NCBI GenBank assembly: GCA_021811935.1
Contig: JAKAPW010000001.1
Location: 1-49,703 of the forward strand
Length of the DNA stretch: 49,703 bases
Origin: an archaeon
GTDB taxonomy: Archaea > Thermoproteota > Nitrososphaeria > Conexivisphaerales > DTJL01
Reading direction: 5' to 3'
Each line of letters begins with the position of its first letter. The stretch's first letter is position 1. Below are positions 26,232 through 35,305 of this stretch, in pieces. Made by a program: the position numbers and the translations under genes. The notes under the pieces are model-generated. The model made no database searches, was not told the origin of the DNA, and saw only the letters and a program-made list of their open reading frames with translations.

Positions 26232-26465
26232 ATGAGATACACAACGATCGCGATCGCCGCGTTCGCCGTTCTGGTCGCCGTCTTCGGACTGCTCGCCGTG
26301 AGCTACGACCTGCAGGCGCGCTACCACGTCGCGGAAGGCTACCTGCTCCCCGTCGCCCTGTCGACCATAGGGCTGGTCGCGTCCGCCTCCGCCGACGGGG
26401 TAACACATGGGCTTGACGGGGGAAGGGCTGCGCTGAGCGCCTTGATGGCCGTGGCTGCGCGGTGA
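26232..26465 (+). CDS. small membrane protein (77 aa, two predicted TM helices)
   Basis: C-terminal part of track ORF 25743..26465 (MRYTTIAIAAFAVLVAVFGLLAV...). CTATATAT box about 31 nt upstream of the ATG. Confidence 0.4.
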   Translation: MRYTTIAIAAFAVLVAVFGLLAVSYDLQARYHVAEGYLLPVALSTIGLVASASADGVTHGLDGGRAALSALMAVAAR

Positions 26466-26630
26466 TGACGCTAATCGTCGTCTGACTACTGATTACGTCA
26501 TAGCGACGCACCTAGGTCGTCGCTTTCCGTATCAGAGACACCGAAATACATCGTTTTGTACCTATCCGATGTCGAAAAACGAACATCGTCGTAAAGATTA
26601 AATACACTATGTGGGCTGCCGTGCTTCACA

Positions 26631-27671
26631 ATGGCTCTCGCCGGATGCTACACGGCGTTGGTGACGCCGTTCACCGACGACCTCGAGCTGGACGGAGATG
26701 CGCTGTCCCGCCTCCTGTCGTTCCAGTCGGAGAACGGGGTCGGCGGGGTGGTCATGGCGGGCACCACCGGCGAAAGTCCGACGCTGACACATGAAGAATG
26801 GCGGCAAATGCTAGCCGAAGCCGTGGCCCGGATGCCCTCCCGTTCGTTAGTGGTGGCGGGCACGGGCGGCAATGACACGAAGAAGTCCGTCCAGCTGACG
26901 CGGGAGGCGGTCGATGCCGGAGCGGGGGCGGCGCTGGTGGTCGACCCCTACTACAACGGCCCGAGCAGCGTAGAAATCCGGCGCGAACACTACGCCCCCA
27001 TAGCCGAAGCGGCCGGAGAGGTCACGGTGATACCTTACATAATCCCCGGCAGGACGGGGACGCAGCTGGCACCTGAAGACCTGGCCCTGCTGGCGAGGTC
27101 CCACCCCAACGTCCGGGCCGTCAAGGAGGCGACGGGGGACGCCGCAAACGCCTCCGCCATCCGGGCCCTCTGCGGCAAGGATTTCTCCATATTTTCGGGG
27201 GACGACGACAAGACGCTCTCGTTCATGACTGCCCCCTCCATTTCGGCTTGCGGTGTGATTTCCGTGGTCTCCAACGTCGCCCCGAGGGCGGTGACGGACA
27301 TGGTGTCCGCGTCCTTGGCGGGTGACAGGGCGACCGCGGAGGCGTTGGCCGCGGCCCTCAAACCGCTCTTCGAATTGGTAACGGTCAAGACGGAGGAGAG
27401 GGTGATGGACAGGAACGTCGCCGTAAAGGCCAGGAACCCGCTCCCGATAAAGACACTGTCCAGCCTGCTCGGGATGCAGGTGGGCAGGTGCCGGCCGCCG
27501 CTCGGCAGGATGACCAGGTCCGGCCTGAATCGGGTGCTGGAGAACGCGAGGAAGGTATGGCGAGACACGCCCGAAATATTCGAACCCATAGAGCGGCACT
27601 TCGATGTCAGCATATCGGACAGACTCGGTTCGCCCAAATTCGTCGAAGGGCTCTGCTATGACGACTACTGA
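26631..27671 (+). CDS. dapA: 4-hydroxy-tetrahydrodipicolinate synthase
   Basis: YTALVTPFTDD...GVVMAGTTGESPTLT and a DHDPS-family fold. Longer than typical (346 aa). Confidence 0.9.
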   Translation: MALAGCYTALVTPFTDDLELDGDALSRLLSFQSENGVGGVVMAGTTGESPTLTHEEWRQMLAEAVARMPSRSLVVAGTGGNDTKKSVQLTREAVDAGAGAALVVDPYYNGPSSVEIRREHYAPIAEAAGEVTVIPYIIPGRTGTQLAPEDLALLARSHPNVRAVKEATGDAANASAIRALCGKDFSIFSGDDDKTLSFMTAPSISACGVISVVSNVAPRAVTDMVSASLAGDRATAEALAAALKPLFELVTVKTEERVMDRNVAVKARNPLPIKTLSSLLGMQVGRCRPPLGRMTRSGLNRVLENARKVWRDTPEIFEPIERHFDVSISDRLGSPKFVEGLCYDDY

Positions 27672-28458
27672 CCCCATCCGCCTGTGCGTCGCCGGGGCCA
27701 CGGGCAGGATGGGTACCGCGTTGCTCCAGGAGATGGGGCGCCGCTTCGTACTGTCCGCCGCCGTGACCTCGGCTGACAACAGGAACGTCGGAAAGAGGAT
27801 CTGCGACATCAGCATGTCCGATTGCGAGGTCGTCCTGTCTCCTCCGGGGCGGCTGGGGGAGTTGCTCGACGGATGCGACGTCTTCGTGTCTTTCACCAAC
27901 GCCTCCGTGGAGCTGGTCAACGCCGAGGCCGTCGCCGCCTCGGGAAAGCCCGCCGTGATAGGAACCACGGGCTTCGACGAGAAACAATCGGGGAGGCTCG
28001 CTTCGCTGCTGCGCAGGGTCCCGACGGTCATGGCCTCCAACTTCTCCATCGGGGCGAACATGCTTTCTTCGCTGGCCAGGGAACTCTGCAGGCTCCCCCC
28101 GACGTTCGACATGTCCATGATAGAAGCCCACCACTCGAAGAAGCTGGATTCGCCGAGCGGGACGGCAAGGGACCTGTCCAAGGTCATAATGCGGGAGAGG
28201 GGATACGAGCGCGTGGTCAACGGGAGGAGCGGGATGTCGAGGAGGGAAAAGGAGGAGCTGGAAGTGCTCTCCGTGAGGGCCGGGGGGATACCGGGCATCC
28301 ACACCATTTTGGCCGCCGGGGACTTCGAATCGATCAGGATCGAACACACGGTCTTCTCCAGGTCCTCCTTCGCCCAGGGCGCTCTGCTCGCCGCCGCTTG
28401 GGTCCTCGGAAAGCCCCCGGGGATATACGGCATGGGCAAGGTGCTCGGACTGGAATGA
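27658..28458 (+). CDS. dapB: 4-hydroxy-tetrahydrodipicolinate reductase
   Basis: IRLCVAGATGRMG and EAHHSKKLDSPSGTA. ATG 27658 overlaps the dapA 3' end by 14 nt. Confidence 0.9.
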   Translation: MTTTDPIRLCVAGATGRMGTALLQEMGRRFVLSAAVTSADNRNVGKRICDISMSDCEVVLSPPGRLGELLDGCDVFVSFTNASVELVNAEAVAASGKPAVIGTTGFDEKQSGRLASLLRRVPTVMASNFSIGANMLSSLARELCRLPPTFDMSMIEAHHSKKLDSPSGTARDLSKVIMRERGYERVVNGRSGMSRREKEELEVLSVRAGGIPGIHTILAAGDFESIRIEHTVFSRSSFAQGALLAAAWVLGKPPGIYGMGKVLGLE

Positions 28459-29612
28459 GGGTCGTAATCAAGTTCGGAGGCGCCTCCTTGGCCACGGGCG
28501 AGAAGGTCAGGGCGGCCGCCGAGGCGGTGGCCGGCTGCGGCTACGAGGAAAGGGTGGTGGTCGTATCGGCCCCGGGCAGGACGACCGACCAGCTGCTGGA
28601 CCTCGTCTCCGGGATGGACCCGGCGGAGTATGCCGGCATACTTTCGATGGGGGAGATGACGTCGGTGAAGGTCTTCTCCTCCGCCCTGAAGAGCATGGGG
28701 CTGTCCGTCTCCGTCTTCAGCCCGGAGGATGACGCGTTCCCCATAGTCGCGGAGGGGGACCCGCTGAACGCCACCGTCGACCTCGAAGCCACCAGGGTCG
28801 CGTGCAGGGCGTCCGTGACGCCCAGGACGGCCGGCTCGGTGGTGGTCGTCCCCGGCTTCGTGGCCAGATGTGAGGGCAGGATGGTGGTGCTGGGAAGGGG
28901 AGGGTCCGACGTGACGGCGACGGTCCTGGGGAACTGCCTCGACGCGGACGAAGTCGTCCTGGTGAAGGACACGAGCGGGATAATGTCGGCCGACCCCGAC
29001 ATCGTCCGAGAGGCCAGGCCCATACCCAGCCTCTCCATCAACGAACTGTACGCGTTGGCGCACGGCGGCGCGAAGGTCGTCAGGCCGGAGGCGCTGTTCT
29101 ACAAGACGGCGAAGCAGAGGCTCAGGATAGTGGAATTCGGGAGGCCGCTGGGGGAGGACGGCACGGAAGTGGCCGGCGTGATGGACGCCACGGCCCCCCA
29201 CGTGGAGTCGGGCGGCGGGCTGCAGGAGATAACGGTGCTGACGGACGGGGGGCTTTCACGTCTCGGCCGCATACTGGAGGTGATCGGCGAGGGGGTCCGA
29301 GGGGTCGGCACCGCGAAGAGCACGGTGAGCGTCTTCGTCCAGGGGCAGGACTGGCAGGATCTGTGCAGACGAATCCACGGCCTGGACGGGGTCAGGGCCG
29401 TGTCCGGGAGGAGGGGTGTGGGTTACGTCGACATAGGCCACCCCCACCTGGTCGACCGGCCGGGGATGGTGGCCAGGGCAGCCACCATACTCTCCCTTCA
29501 CCACATCAACATAACGGAAGTGACTTCGAGCAAGGGCGGCCTGACCTTCTACGTGGACGAAAAGTTCTTGGAGCGGGCTTCTTCCCTGCTGGAGGAGAAT
29601 CTGGTTGTCTGA
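28455..29612 (+). CDS. lysC: aspartate kinase
   Basis: MRVVIKFGGASL, VVVVSAPGRTTD, GRGGSD, C-terminal ACT-like region. ATGA overlap with the dapB stop. Confidence 0.9.
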   Translation: MRVVIKFGGASLATGEKVRAAAEAVAGCGYEERVVVVSAPGRTTDQLLDLVSGMDPAEYAGILSMGEMTSVKVFSSALKSMGLSVSVFSPEDDAFPIVAEGDPLNATVDLEATRVACRASVTPRTAGSVVVVPGFVARCEGRMVVLGRGGSDVTATVLGNCLDADEVVLVKDTSGIMSADPDIVREARPIPSLSINELYALAHGGAKVVRPEALFYKTAKQRLRIVEFGRPLGEDGTEVAGVMDATAPHVESGGGLQEITVLTDGGLSRLGRILEVIGEGVRGVGTAKSTVSVFVQGQDWQDLCRRIHGLDGVRAVSGRRGVGYVDIGHPHLVDRPGMVARAATILSLHHINITEVTSSKGGLTFYVDEKFLERASSLLEENLVV

Positions 29613-30906
29613 TTCATGGGTGCTGGACGTGCCGGGCGGATGCTTCAGCAACAGAGGAGGGGTACTGCACGTCGACGACGTGTCCGTTCCCGACCTGGTG
29701 GGCAGGTTCGGCAGCCCGCTGTACGTGATGAGCGAGAACAGGATAAGACACAATTTCAAAAGGCTGCACGGAGCGTTCAGCAGGCTGACGCCCTTCAGGC
29801 TCTACTACGCGGTCAAGGCGAACACCAACCTGGCGGTCCTGGGCGTCCTGCGACAGGAAGGGGCCTTCGCCGACTGCTCCTGCCCCGCCGAGATATACGA
29901 AGCCTCGCTGGCCGGCTTTGGACCGGAAAAGATACTCTACACCGGGAACTACAACTCCACCGAGGAGGTCAGGTATGCGCAGGCCGCGGGCGTAACGATC
30001 AACTTCGACGACGCGGCGCTGCTCGGGAAACTTGAAGGGGGGAGGGTGCCGGAGACCGTCTGCTTCAGGATAAATCCGGGGATGGCGAAGGGCGGCAAGG
30101 AGGGGTTGATCTTCGCCGGGCCCGACGCGAAGTTCGGTTCCCCGGAAGAGGTGGCCGCGCGTGGCTATGCCGAGGCGAAGAAGCTGGGCGCAAAGAGGTT
30201 CGGGATACACATGATGACTGGCTCCAACGTCTTGGACCCGAAGTATTTCCCCGCCGCGACGTCCGCGTTGATGGACATCGCTGGCAGGATATCCAAGAAG
30301 GTGGGAATGGAGTTCGAATTCGTGAACGTCGGAGGTGGCTTCGGCGTGCCGTACTCCCCGAAGGAAAGGGAACTGCCCATAGAGGGCGTCGCCTCGTCCG
30401 TGGTCGAAGCCTTCAGGCAGAAGGTCGAGCAGTACGGGATGAGCAGACCTCTGCTTGCGGCGGAGCCGGGAAGGTTCCTGGTGGCGGACTCCGCCGTGCT
30501 GGCTTCCACGGTCTGCCACGTGAAGAGTTCTTCCAAGACCTTCGTCGGCGTCGACGCCGGGATGAACACGCTGTTGCGCCCCGCGCTCTACAACGCGTAC
30601 CACCCGGTGCTTGTGGCGAACAGGCTGGGCGAGAGGGACGACCAGGTGGCCAACATCTGCGGCCAGGTCTGCGAGAACACGGACGTGCTGGCCAGGGACA
30701 GGGGGCTGCCGCGCGTGAAGGAGGGGGACATAATAGCCATATTCAACGCCGGCGCGTACGGCTTCGCCATGTCCAGCCAGTACAACAACAGACCCAGGGC
30801 CGCAGAGGTGCTCGTGAACGGCAGCGACGCGCAGGTGATAAGGAGGAGGGAAGGCTTCTCCGACCTCGTGCAGGGGGTCTCCGTGCCGGCGAGGCTCCTG
30901 ACATGA
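29605..30906 (+). CDS. lysA: diaminopimelate decarboxylase
   Basis: FGSPLYV, YAVKANTN (PLP lysine), EPGR, GAYG motifs. 8-nt overlap with lysC. Confidence 0.92.
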   Translation: MSDSWVLDVPGGCFSNRGGVLHVDDVSVPDLVGRFGSPLYVMSENRIRHNFKRLHGAFSRLTPFRLYYAVKANTNLAVLGVLRQEGAFADCSCPAEIYEASLAGFGPEKILYTGNYNSTEEVRYAQAAGVTINFDDAALLGKLEGGRVPETVCFRINPGMAKGGKEGLIFAGPDAKFGSPEEVAARGYAEAKKLGAKRFGIHMMTGSNVLDPKYFPAATSALMDIAGRISKKVGMEFEFVNVGGGFGVPYSPKERELPIEGVASSVVEAFRQKVEQYGMSRPLLAAEPGRFLVADSAVLASTVCHVKSSSKTFVGVDAGMNTLLRPALYNAYHPVLVANRLGERDDQVANICGQVCENTDVLARDRGLPRVKEGDIIAIFNAGAYGFAMSSQYNNRPRAAEVLVNGSDAQVIRRREGFSDLVQGVSVPARLLT

Positions 30907-32066
30907 CCGTCCCGGGCTTCGCCGAAAGCGTGAGATCGATACCTCCTTACCCTTTCGCCAGGATGGAGGAGGCCATCCAAGAGCGGAGGCGGAAGGGGCA
31001 GAAGGTCATAGCTTTCAACATAGGCGACCCGGACGTCCCGACGCCGGGATATGTGGTAGAAGCCATGGCTTCCGCGCTCAGAGACGGCGAATACCAGGGA
31101 TACTCCAGCGCCGACGGAGAGCCATGGTTCAAGCAGGCGGTGGCCGACTGGTACAGGAAGCGTTTCGGGGTCGACCTGGACCCTTCGACCGAAGTCTGCG
31201 CCCTGATGGGGTCCAAGGAGGGGCTGGCCAACATATCCCGGGCGTTCGTGAACCCCGGCGAAACGGTCCTCTGCCCCGACCCCGCGTATCCGGTCTACGC
31301 GAACGGCGGGACGCTCCTGATCGGGGGCAAGCCCGACTTCTACCCGGCGTCGCAGAAGATAAGCGGCCACCTGGACCGATCGAGGCTGAGGGGCGCAAGG
31401 CTGGTCTACGTCAACTACCCCCACAACCCCACCGGCCTGGTGGCCGACGAAGCCGACCTGAGGAAGGTGGTGGACGACGCCCGCGGCTCTGAATGCCTGA
31501 TATGCTATGACAACGCCTATTCGGAGCTGACCTTCGGAGGCTACAGGGCGCCCAGCATACTGCAACTGGACAGGGAGAAGGACGTCTCAATAGAACTGCA
31601 CTCCTGTTCGAAGACGTTCGCCATGACGGGCTACAGGATAGGCTTCGCAGTCGGGAACAGCAAGGCGATATCCGGCCTGAAGAAGGTGAAGAGCCAGATA
31701 GACTCCGGCCCCCCCAAATTCGTCCAGCATGCGGCAAGGGTGGCCCTTCAGGGCTATGCGGGACAGGACCCGCCGAAGGAGGTGCGCGAAATAAGCAGGA
31801 CGTATGAAGACAGGCTCGGCCTCTTCGTCCGGGGGCTCGGAGAGCTGGGCATGCAGGCCGAGATGCCGAAGGGGACGTTCTACCTCTGGCAGAGGGTCCC
31901 CGGCACTTCGGAAGACTTCACGGAGAAGCTGCTGGACATGGGCATAATGGTGTCCCCCGGCAGCGCCTTCGGAGACGGGGGGGAGGGCTACGTCCGATGG
32001 TCCCTGACCCAACCGGCGGACGTCATCGAGGAAGCGCTGGAACTCATGCGGAAAGGGCTCGGGTAA
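30903..32066 (+). CDS. dapL: class I aminotransferase, LL-diaminopimelate aminotransferase (DapL)-like
   Basis: IPPYPFARMEE, FNIGDPDVPTP, WYRKRFGVDLDP, GSKEGLANI, PDPAYPVY, SCSKTFAMTGYR. Located in the lysine operon, with an ATGA overlap with lysA. Confidence 0.8.
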   Translation: MTVPGFAESVRSIPPYPFARMEEAIQERRRKGQKVIAFNIGDPDVPTPGYVVEAMASALRDGEYQGYSSADGEPWFKQAVADWYRKRFGVDLDPSTEVCALMGSKEGLANISRAFVNPGETVLCPDPAYPVYANGGTLLIGGKPDFYPASQKISGHLDRSRLRGARLVYVNYPHNPTGLVADEADLRKVVDDARGSECLICYDNAYSELTFGGYRAPSILQLDREKDVSIELHSCSKTFAMTGYRIGFAVGNSKAISGLKKVKSQIDSGPPKFVQHAARVALQGYAGQDPPKEVREISRTYEDRLGLFVRGLGELGMQAEMPKGTFYLWQRVPGTSEDFTEKLLDMGIMVSPGSAFGDGGEGYVRWSLTQPADVIEEALELMRKGLG

Positions 32067-32105
32067 ACCAAACTTTAAAGCGAGCGCGCCGCAAGAAATG
32101 ACGAG

Positions 32106-32582
32106 ATGGCAGAAGGCGGCTCGTTCTACGAAGACTTCGAAGTGGGGCGGACCCGCAGACACCCCCAGGGGCGGACGCTGACCGACGTGGACAACATATG
32201 GTTCACCCTGCTCACCTGCAACACCAACCAGATACACTTCAACTCCGACTATGCGCGGAGGCACTTCGCGAAGGAGCCCTTCGATGGAAGGCTGGTGGTC
32301 AACTCCTTCCTTACGCTGGCCACCGTCGTCGGACTCTCAGTTGACGAGACGAGCAGGAACGGCATAATGCTGGCGATGAAGGACATGCGGGTCGTCCACC
32401 CGGTCTTCGCCGGCGACACGATCTACGCGGAGACGACCGTCCTGTCCAAGAGGGAGTCGAAGAGCCACAGGGGGATGGGGATAGTGGAGGTCAGGACGGC
32501 CGGTCTCAACCAGGACGGCACGAAGGTCCTCGAATTCGAAAGGACGTTCATGGTCAGGCGAAGGGGCGGCGACTGGGAGTGA
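32106..32582 (+). CDS. MaoC-like (R)-specific enoyl-CoA hydratase / dehydratase
   Basis: Hot-dog fold pattern: NIWFTLLTCNTNQIHFN...GDTIYAETTVLSKRESKS. Confidence 0.85.
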   Translation: MAEGGSFYEDFEVGRTRRHPQGRTLTDVDNIWFTLLTCNTNQIHFNSDYARRHFAKEPFDGRLVVNSFLTLATVVGLSVDETSRNGIMLAMKDMRVVHPVFAGDTIYAETTVLSKRESKSHRGMGIVEVRTAGLNQDGTKVLEFERTFMVRRRGGDWE

Positions 32583-33722
32583 CTAGAAGGACCGGGGGAG
32601 GCCGAGCACGTGCTCCCCTATGTAGCTCAGCACGAGGTTGTTCGACACGGGCGCCACCATGTATAGACGGTTCTCCCTGAACTTCCTCTCGACGTCCATG
32701 TCGGCAGCCATGCCGTAGCCGCCCAGGACATTCATGGCCACGTTGGCCGCCTCCCACGAGGCCTCGGAGGCCAGATATTTTGCTATGTTGGATTCTTCGC
32801 CGCACTTCTTGCCCTCGTCGAAGAGCTCCGCTGCCCTGCGACGCATCAGGTCCGCGGCCCTGGTCCTGGCGTAGGCTGCGGCTATCGGGAACTGCACCCC
32901 CTGGTTCTTGCCTATTGGCCTGCCGAAGACCGTCCTCTGCCCGGAGTAGTCCACCGCCTTCCTGATGAACCACCTTGCGTCGCCCACGCATTCCGCGGCT
33001 ATCAGAATCCGCTCGGCGTTGAGCGCGTCGAGCAGATAACGGAAGCCCTTCCCTTCCTCCCCGATCAGGCTGCGTTCGTCCAGCCGGAGGTCCTCTATGT
33101 GCACGGAGTTCGTCTCGTGGTTTATCATCGTCCTTATCGGGCTCACCCTCATGTGGTCGCCGGCCTCCTTGATGTCGACCAGGAAGAGGCTGATTCCGTC
33201 GGTCTTGGTCTCCACCTCTTCGTAACGCCTGGTCCTGGCCACCAGCAGCATGAGGTCGGAATGCTGCACCCTTGAGGTGAAGACCTTCTGGCCGTCCACG
33301 ACGTATCCCCCCGCGACCTTCCTGGCGAAGGTGGATATCCTTGTGGTGTCCGACCCGGCGCCAGGCTCCGTTATGCCGAACGCCTGCAGCCGGAGTTCTC
33401 CGCTGGCTATCCTGGGCAGGAATGACCTCTTCTGTTCTTCGCTCCCATGGCGGAGCAGGGCCGCGACGGTGTACATCTGGGCGTGGCATGCGGCCGCGTT
33501 CCCGCCGGACGCGTTGACCTCTTCGAGAATGATGGAGCCCTGTTGCAGCGAGCCGCCCCCGCCCCCGTACTCCCTGGGGATCAGCACGGAGAGCCAGCCC
33601 TGCCTTGCCATCTCCCGGACGAACTCCTCCGGGTAGGCCCTCTTCGAATCGAGGTCCCTCCAGTATTCCGCGGGGTACCTGCTGCACAGACTCGCGATGC
33701 CCGACCTGATCATCTCGTCCAT
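32583..33722 (-). CDS. acyl-CoA dehydrogenase
   Basis: ACAD N-terminal, middle and C-terminal domain patterns (ITEPGAGSD, GYVVDGQKVF, GGYGM). Confidence 0.9.
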   Translation of the reverse strand: MDEMIRSGIASLCSRYPAEYWRDLDSKRAYPEEFVREMARQGWLSVLIPREYGGGGGSLQQGSIILEEVNASGGNAAACHAQMYTVAALLRHGSEEQKRSFLPRIASGELRLQAFGITEPGAGSDTTRISTFARKVAGGYVVDGQKVFTSRVQHSDLMLLVARTRRYEEVETKTDGISLFLVDIKEAGDHMRVSPIRTMINHETNSVHIEDLRLDERSLIGEEGKGFRYLLDALNAERILIAAECVGDARWFIRKAVDYSGQRTVFGRPIGKNQGVQFPIAAAYARTRAADLMRRRAAELFDEGKKCGEESNIAKYLASEASWEAANVAMNVLGGYGMAADMDVERKFRENRLYMVAPVSNNLVLSYIGEHVLGLPRSF

Positions 33723-33854
33723 GACCCGACGTGGACCGGGGAAGGTAATAACGTTGCGGAGAGCCCCGCCCAGACGCCAAGAAAAGACGCCAGGAACTTC
33801 AGGCTATTTCAATCTGCGCGGATGGAACGTGTCTTTTTTTGGCACTTATTAATC

Positions 33855-33862
33855 TTTATATA
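33855..33862 (+). promoter_or_regulatory. TATA box (TTTATATA) for the amino-acid ABC operon
   Basis: About 22 nt upstream of ATG 33885. Confidence 0.4.
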
Positions 33863-33870
33863 TTATGCCG

Positions 33871-33886
33871 ATATGTCATGACATAT
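33871..33886. promoter_or_regulatory. perfect 16-bp palindrome ATATGTCATGACATAT, candidate operator
   Basis: Sits between the TATA box and the start codon. Its last two bases are the AT of ATG 33885. Confidence 0.4.
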
Positions 33887-35192
33887 GCACGTTGTCGCGG
33901 CGCATGGAAGGCGTGCCGTAGGCCGGATGGCCCTTGTTGGTGTGCTTGTTCTGGTCCTGGTGGTCGCAGTTGGTGGATATGTGGCAACAAAATACATGTC
34001 ACAATCCACCCCGCCTTCGGGCCCTTCGGTGATAACCATAGGCATGTCCATGCCGCTCACAGGGACCTTCGCTGAAGACGGGCAGATGAGCCTCGACGGC
34101 CTGCAGCTCTGGGCGCAGAACGTCAACGCCTCCGGCGGGATATACGTCAGCAGCCTGCACAGGAGCCTCCCGGTGAAGCTGATCGTCTATGACGACCAGT
34201 CGAACCCGACCCGCGTCGCCACGCTGTACCAGCAGCTCGTGACGCAGGACAACGTGAACTTCCTCATAGCGCCCTACGCCAGCCCCTTGACGCTGGCAGC
34301 GGCCCCGATAGCGGACGCGCATCACATCCTGCTGCTGAGCCATGGAGGCGCCTCCGACGCGATATGGCAGAAGAACTATTCGTATGTGGTCGGCGTCCTC
34401 AGCCCAGCCAGCCAGTACATGATCCCGGTGATCAACATGCTCGTCAACCTTAACTCTTCGCAACCGCTCAACGTCGCCATGTTCTACGGCAACGACCCGT
34501 TCTCGATCTTCGTCATGAACGCGGCGGCAAGGTACATGCAGACACAGTTCCCCGGAAAGTTCAACATAGTGTTCAACCAGAGCTATCAGGAGACGGCCAC
34601 CGACTACACCGCGCAGCTGACGCAGATAGCCGCCACCAACGCCGACGTGATCCTGGGAGGGGGACACTTCACCGACGGAGAGACCATAATGAAGAACATC
34701 CAGTCCATAGGATACAACCCCAAGGCGGTCGCGCTGCTCGTGGCCCCCGACGACGTTCACTTCTACCAGGACCTCGGTACAGTGGCGAACTTTGTGCTGG
34801 CCCCCTCGCAGTGGGAGGCGAACCTGAACTACGCCGGCTTCTCTCCGTATTTCGGCAACATCACCAGCCAGCAGTTCGCCACCCAGTTCACCGGACGGTT
34901 CAACATGCAGCCGAACTACGAGGCGGCCGAGGCGTACGCGACGGGCCTCGTATTGGAGAAGGCCATCATCGACAGCGGCTCCCTGAACTCCACGGTGGTA
35001 AGGCAGCAGCTCAACTCGGAGAACTTCTATACCTTCTACGGCCACTTCCAGATCGCTCCGTCGGGCATACAGATAGGCCACACCATGGTGGTGGTGCAGT
35101 GGCAGAACGGCGCAAAGCAGACTATATGGCCGACATCCGTCGCCACGGCGCAGTTCGAATATCCGGCCGCTCCCTGGGCCGGAAGAACTTGA
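33885..35192 (+). CDS. ABC substrate-binding protein, LivJ/branched-chain amino-acid type, membrane-anchored
   Basis: N-terminal TM anchor followed by a type-1 PBP pattern (ITIGMSMPLTGTFAEDG...). Confidence 0.85.
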   Translation: MHVVAAHGRRAVGRMALVGVLVLVLVVAVGGYVATKYMSQSTPPSGPSVITIGMSMPLTGTFAEDGQMSLDGLQLWAQNVNASGGIYVSSLHRSLPVKLIVYDDQSNPTRVATLYQQLVTQDNVNFLIAPYASPLTLAAAPIADAHHILLLSHGGASDAIWQKNYSYVVGVLSPASQYMIPVINMLVNLNSSQPLNVAMFYGNDPFSIFVMNAAARYMQTQFPGKFNIVFNQSYQETATDYTAQLTQIAATNADVILGGGHFTDGETIMKNIQSIGYNPKAVALLVAPDDVHFYQDLGTVANFVLAPSQWEANLNYAGFSPYFGNITSQQFATQFTGRFNMQPNYEAAEAYATGLVLEKAIIDSGSLNSTVVRQQLNSENFYTFYGHFQIAPSGIQIGHTMVVVQWQNGAKQTIWPTSVATAQFEYPAAPWAGRT

Positions 35193-35305
35193 CCCGGCCG
35201 CTCCCTTCGGCCTGGAGTTGACCCTCCATTCTGCTTGTTGAACTGATAGTCCTCGGGGTAGCATATGGCCTACTGTACGGCGTCCTGGCGCTGGGTCTCA
35301 CGCTG

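Noticed and set aside
24629-29201. ORFs 24629..26038 (+), 24987..26174 (-), 26847..29201 (-) and 27822..28454 (the upper part of the 596-aa ORF).
   Set aside because: They are antisense or off-frame to the amidohydrolase, HAD-IB and dapA/dapB/lysC genes. Their composition is not protein-like.
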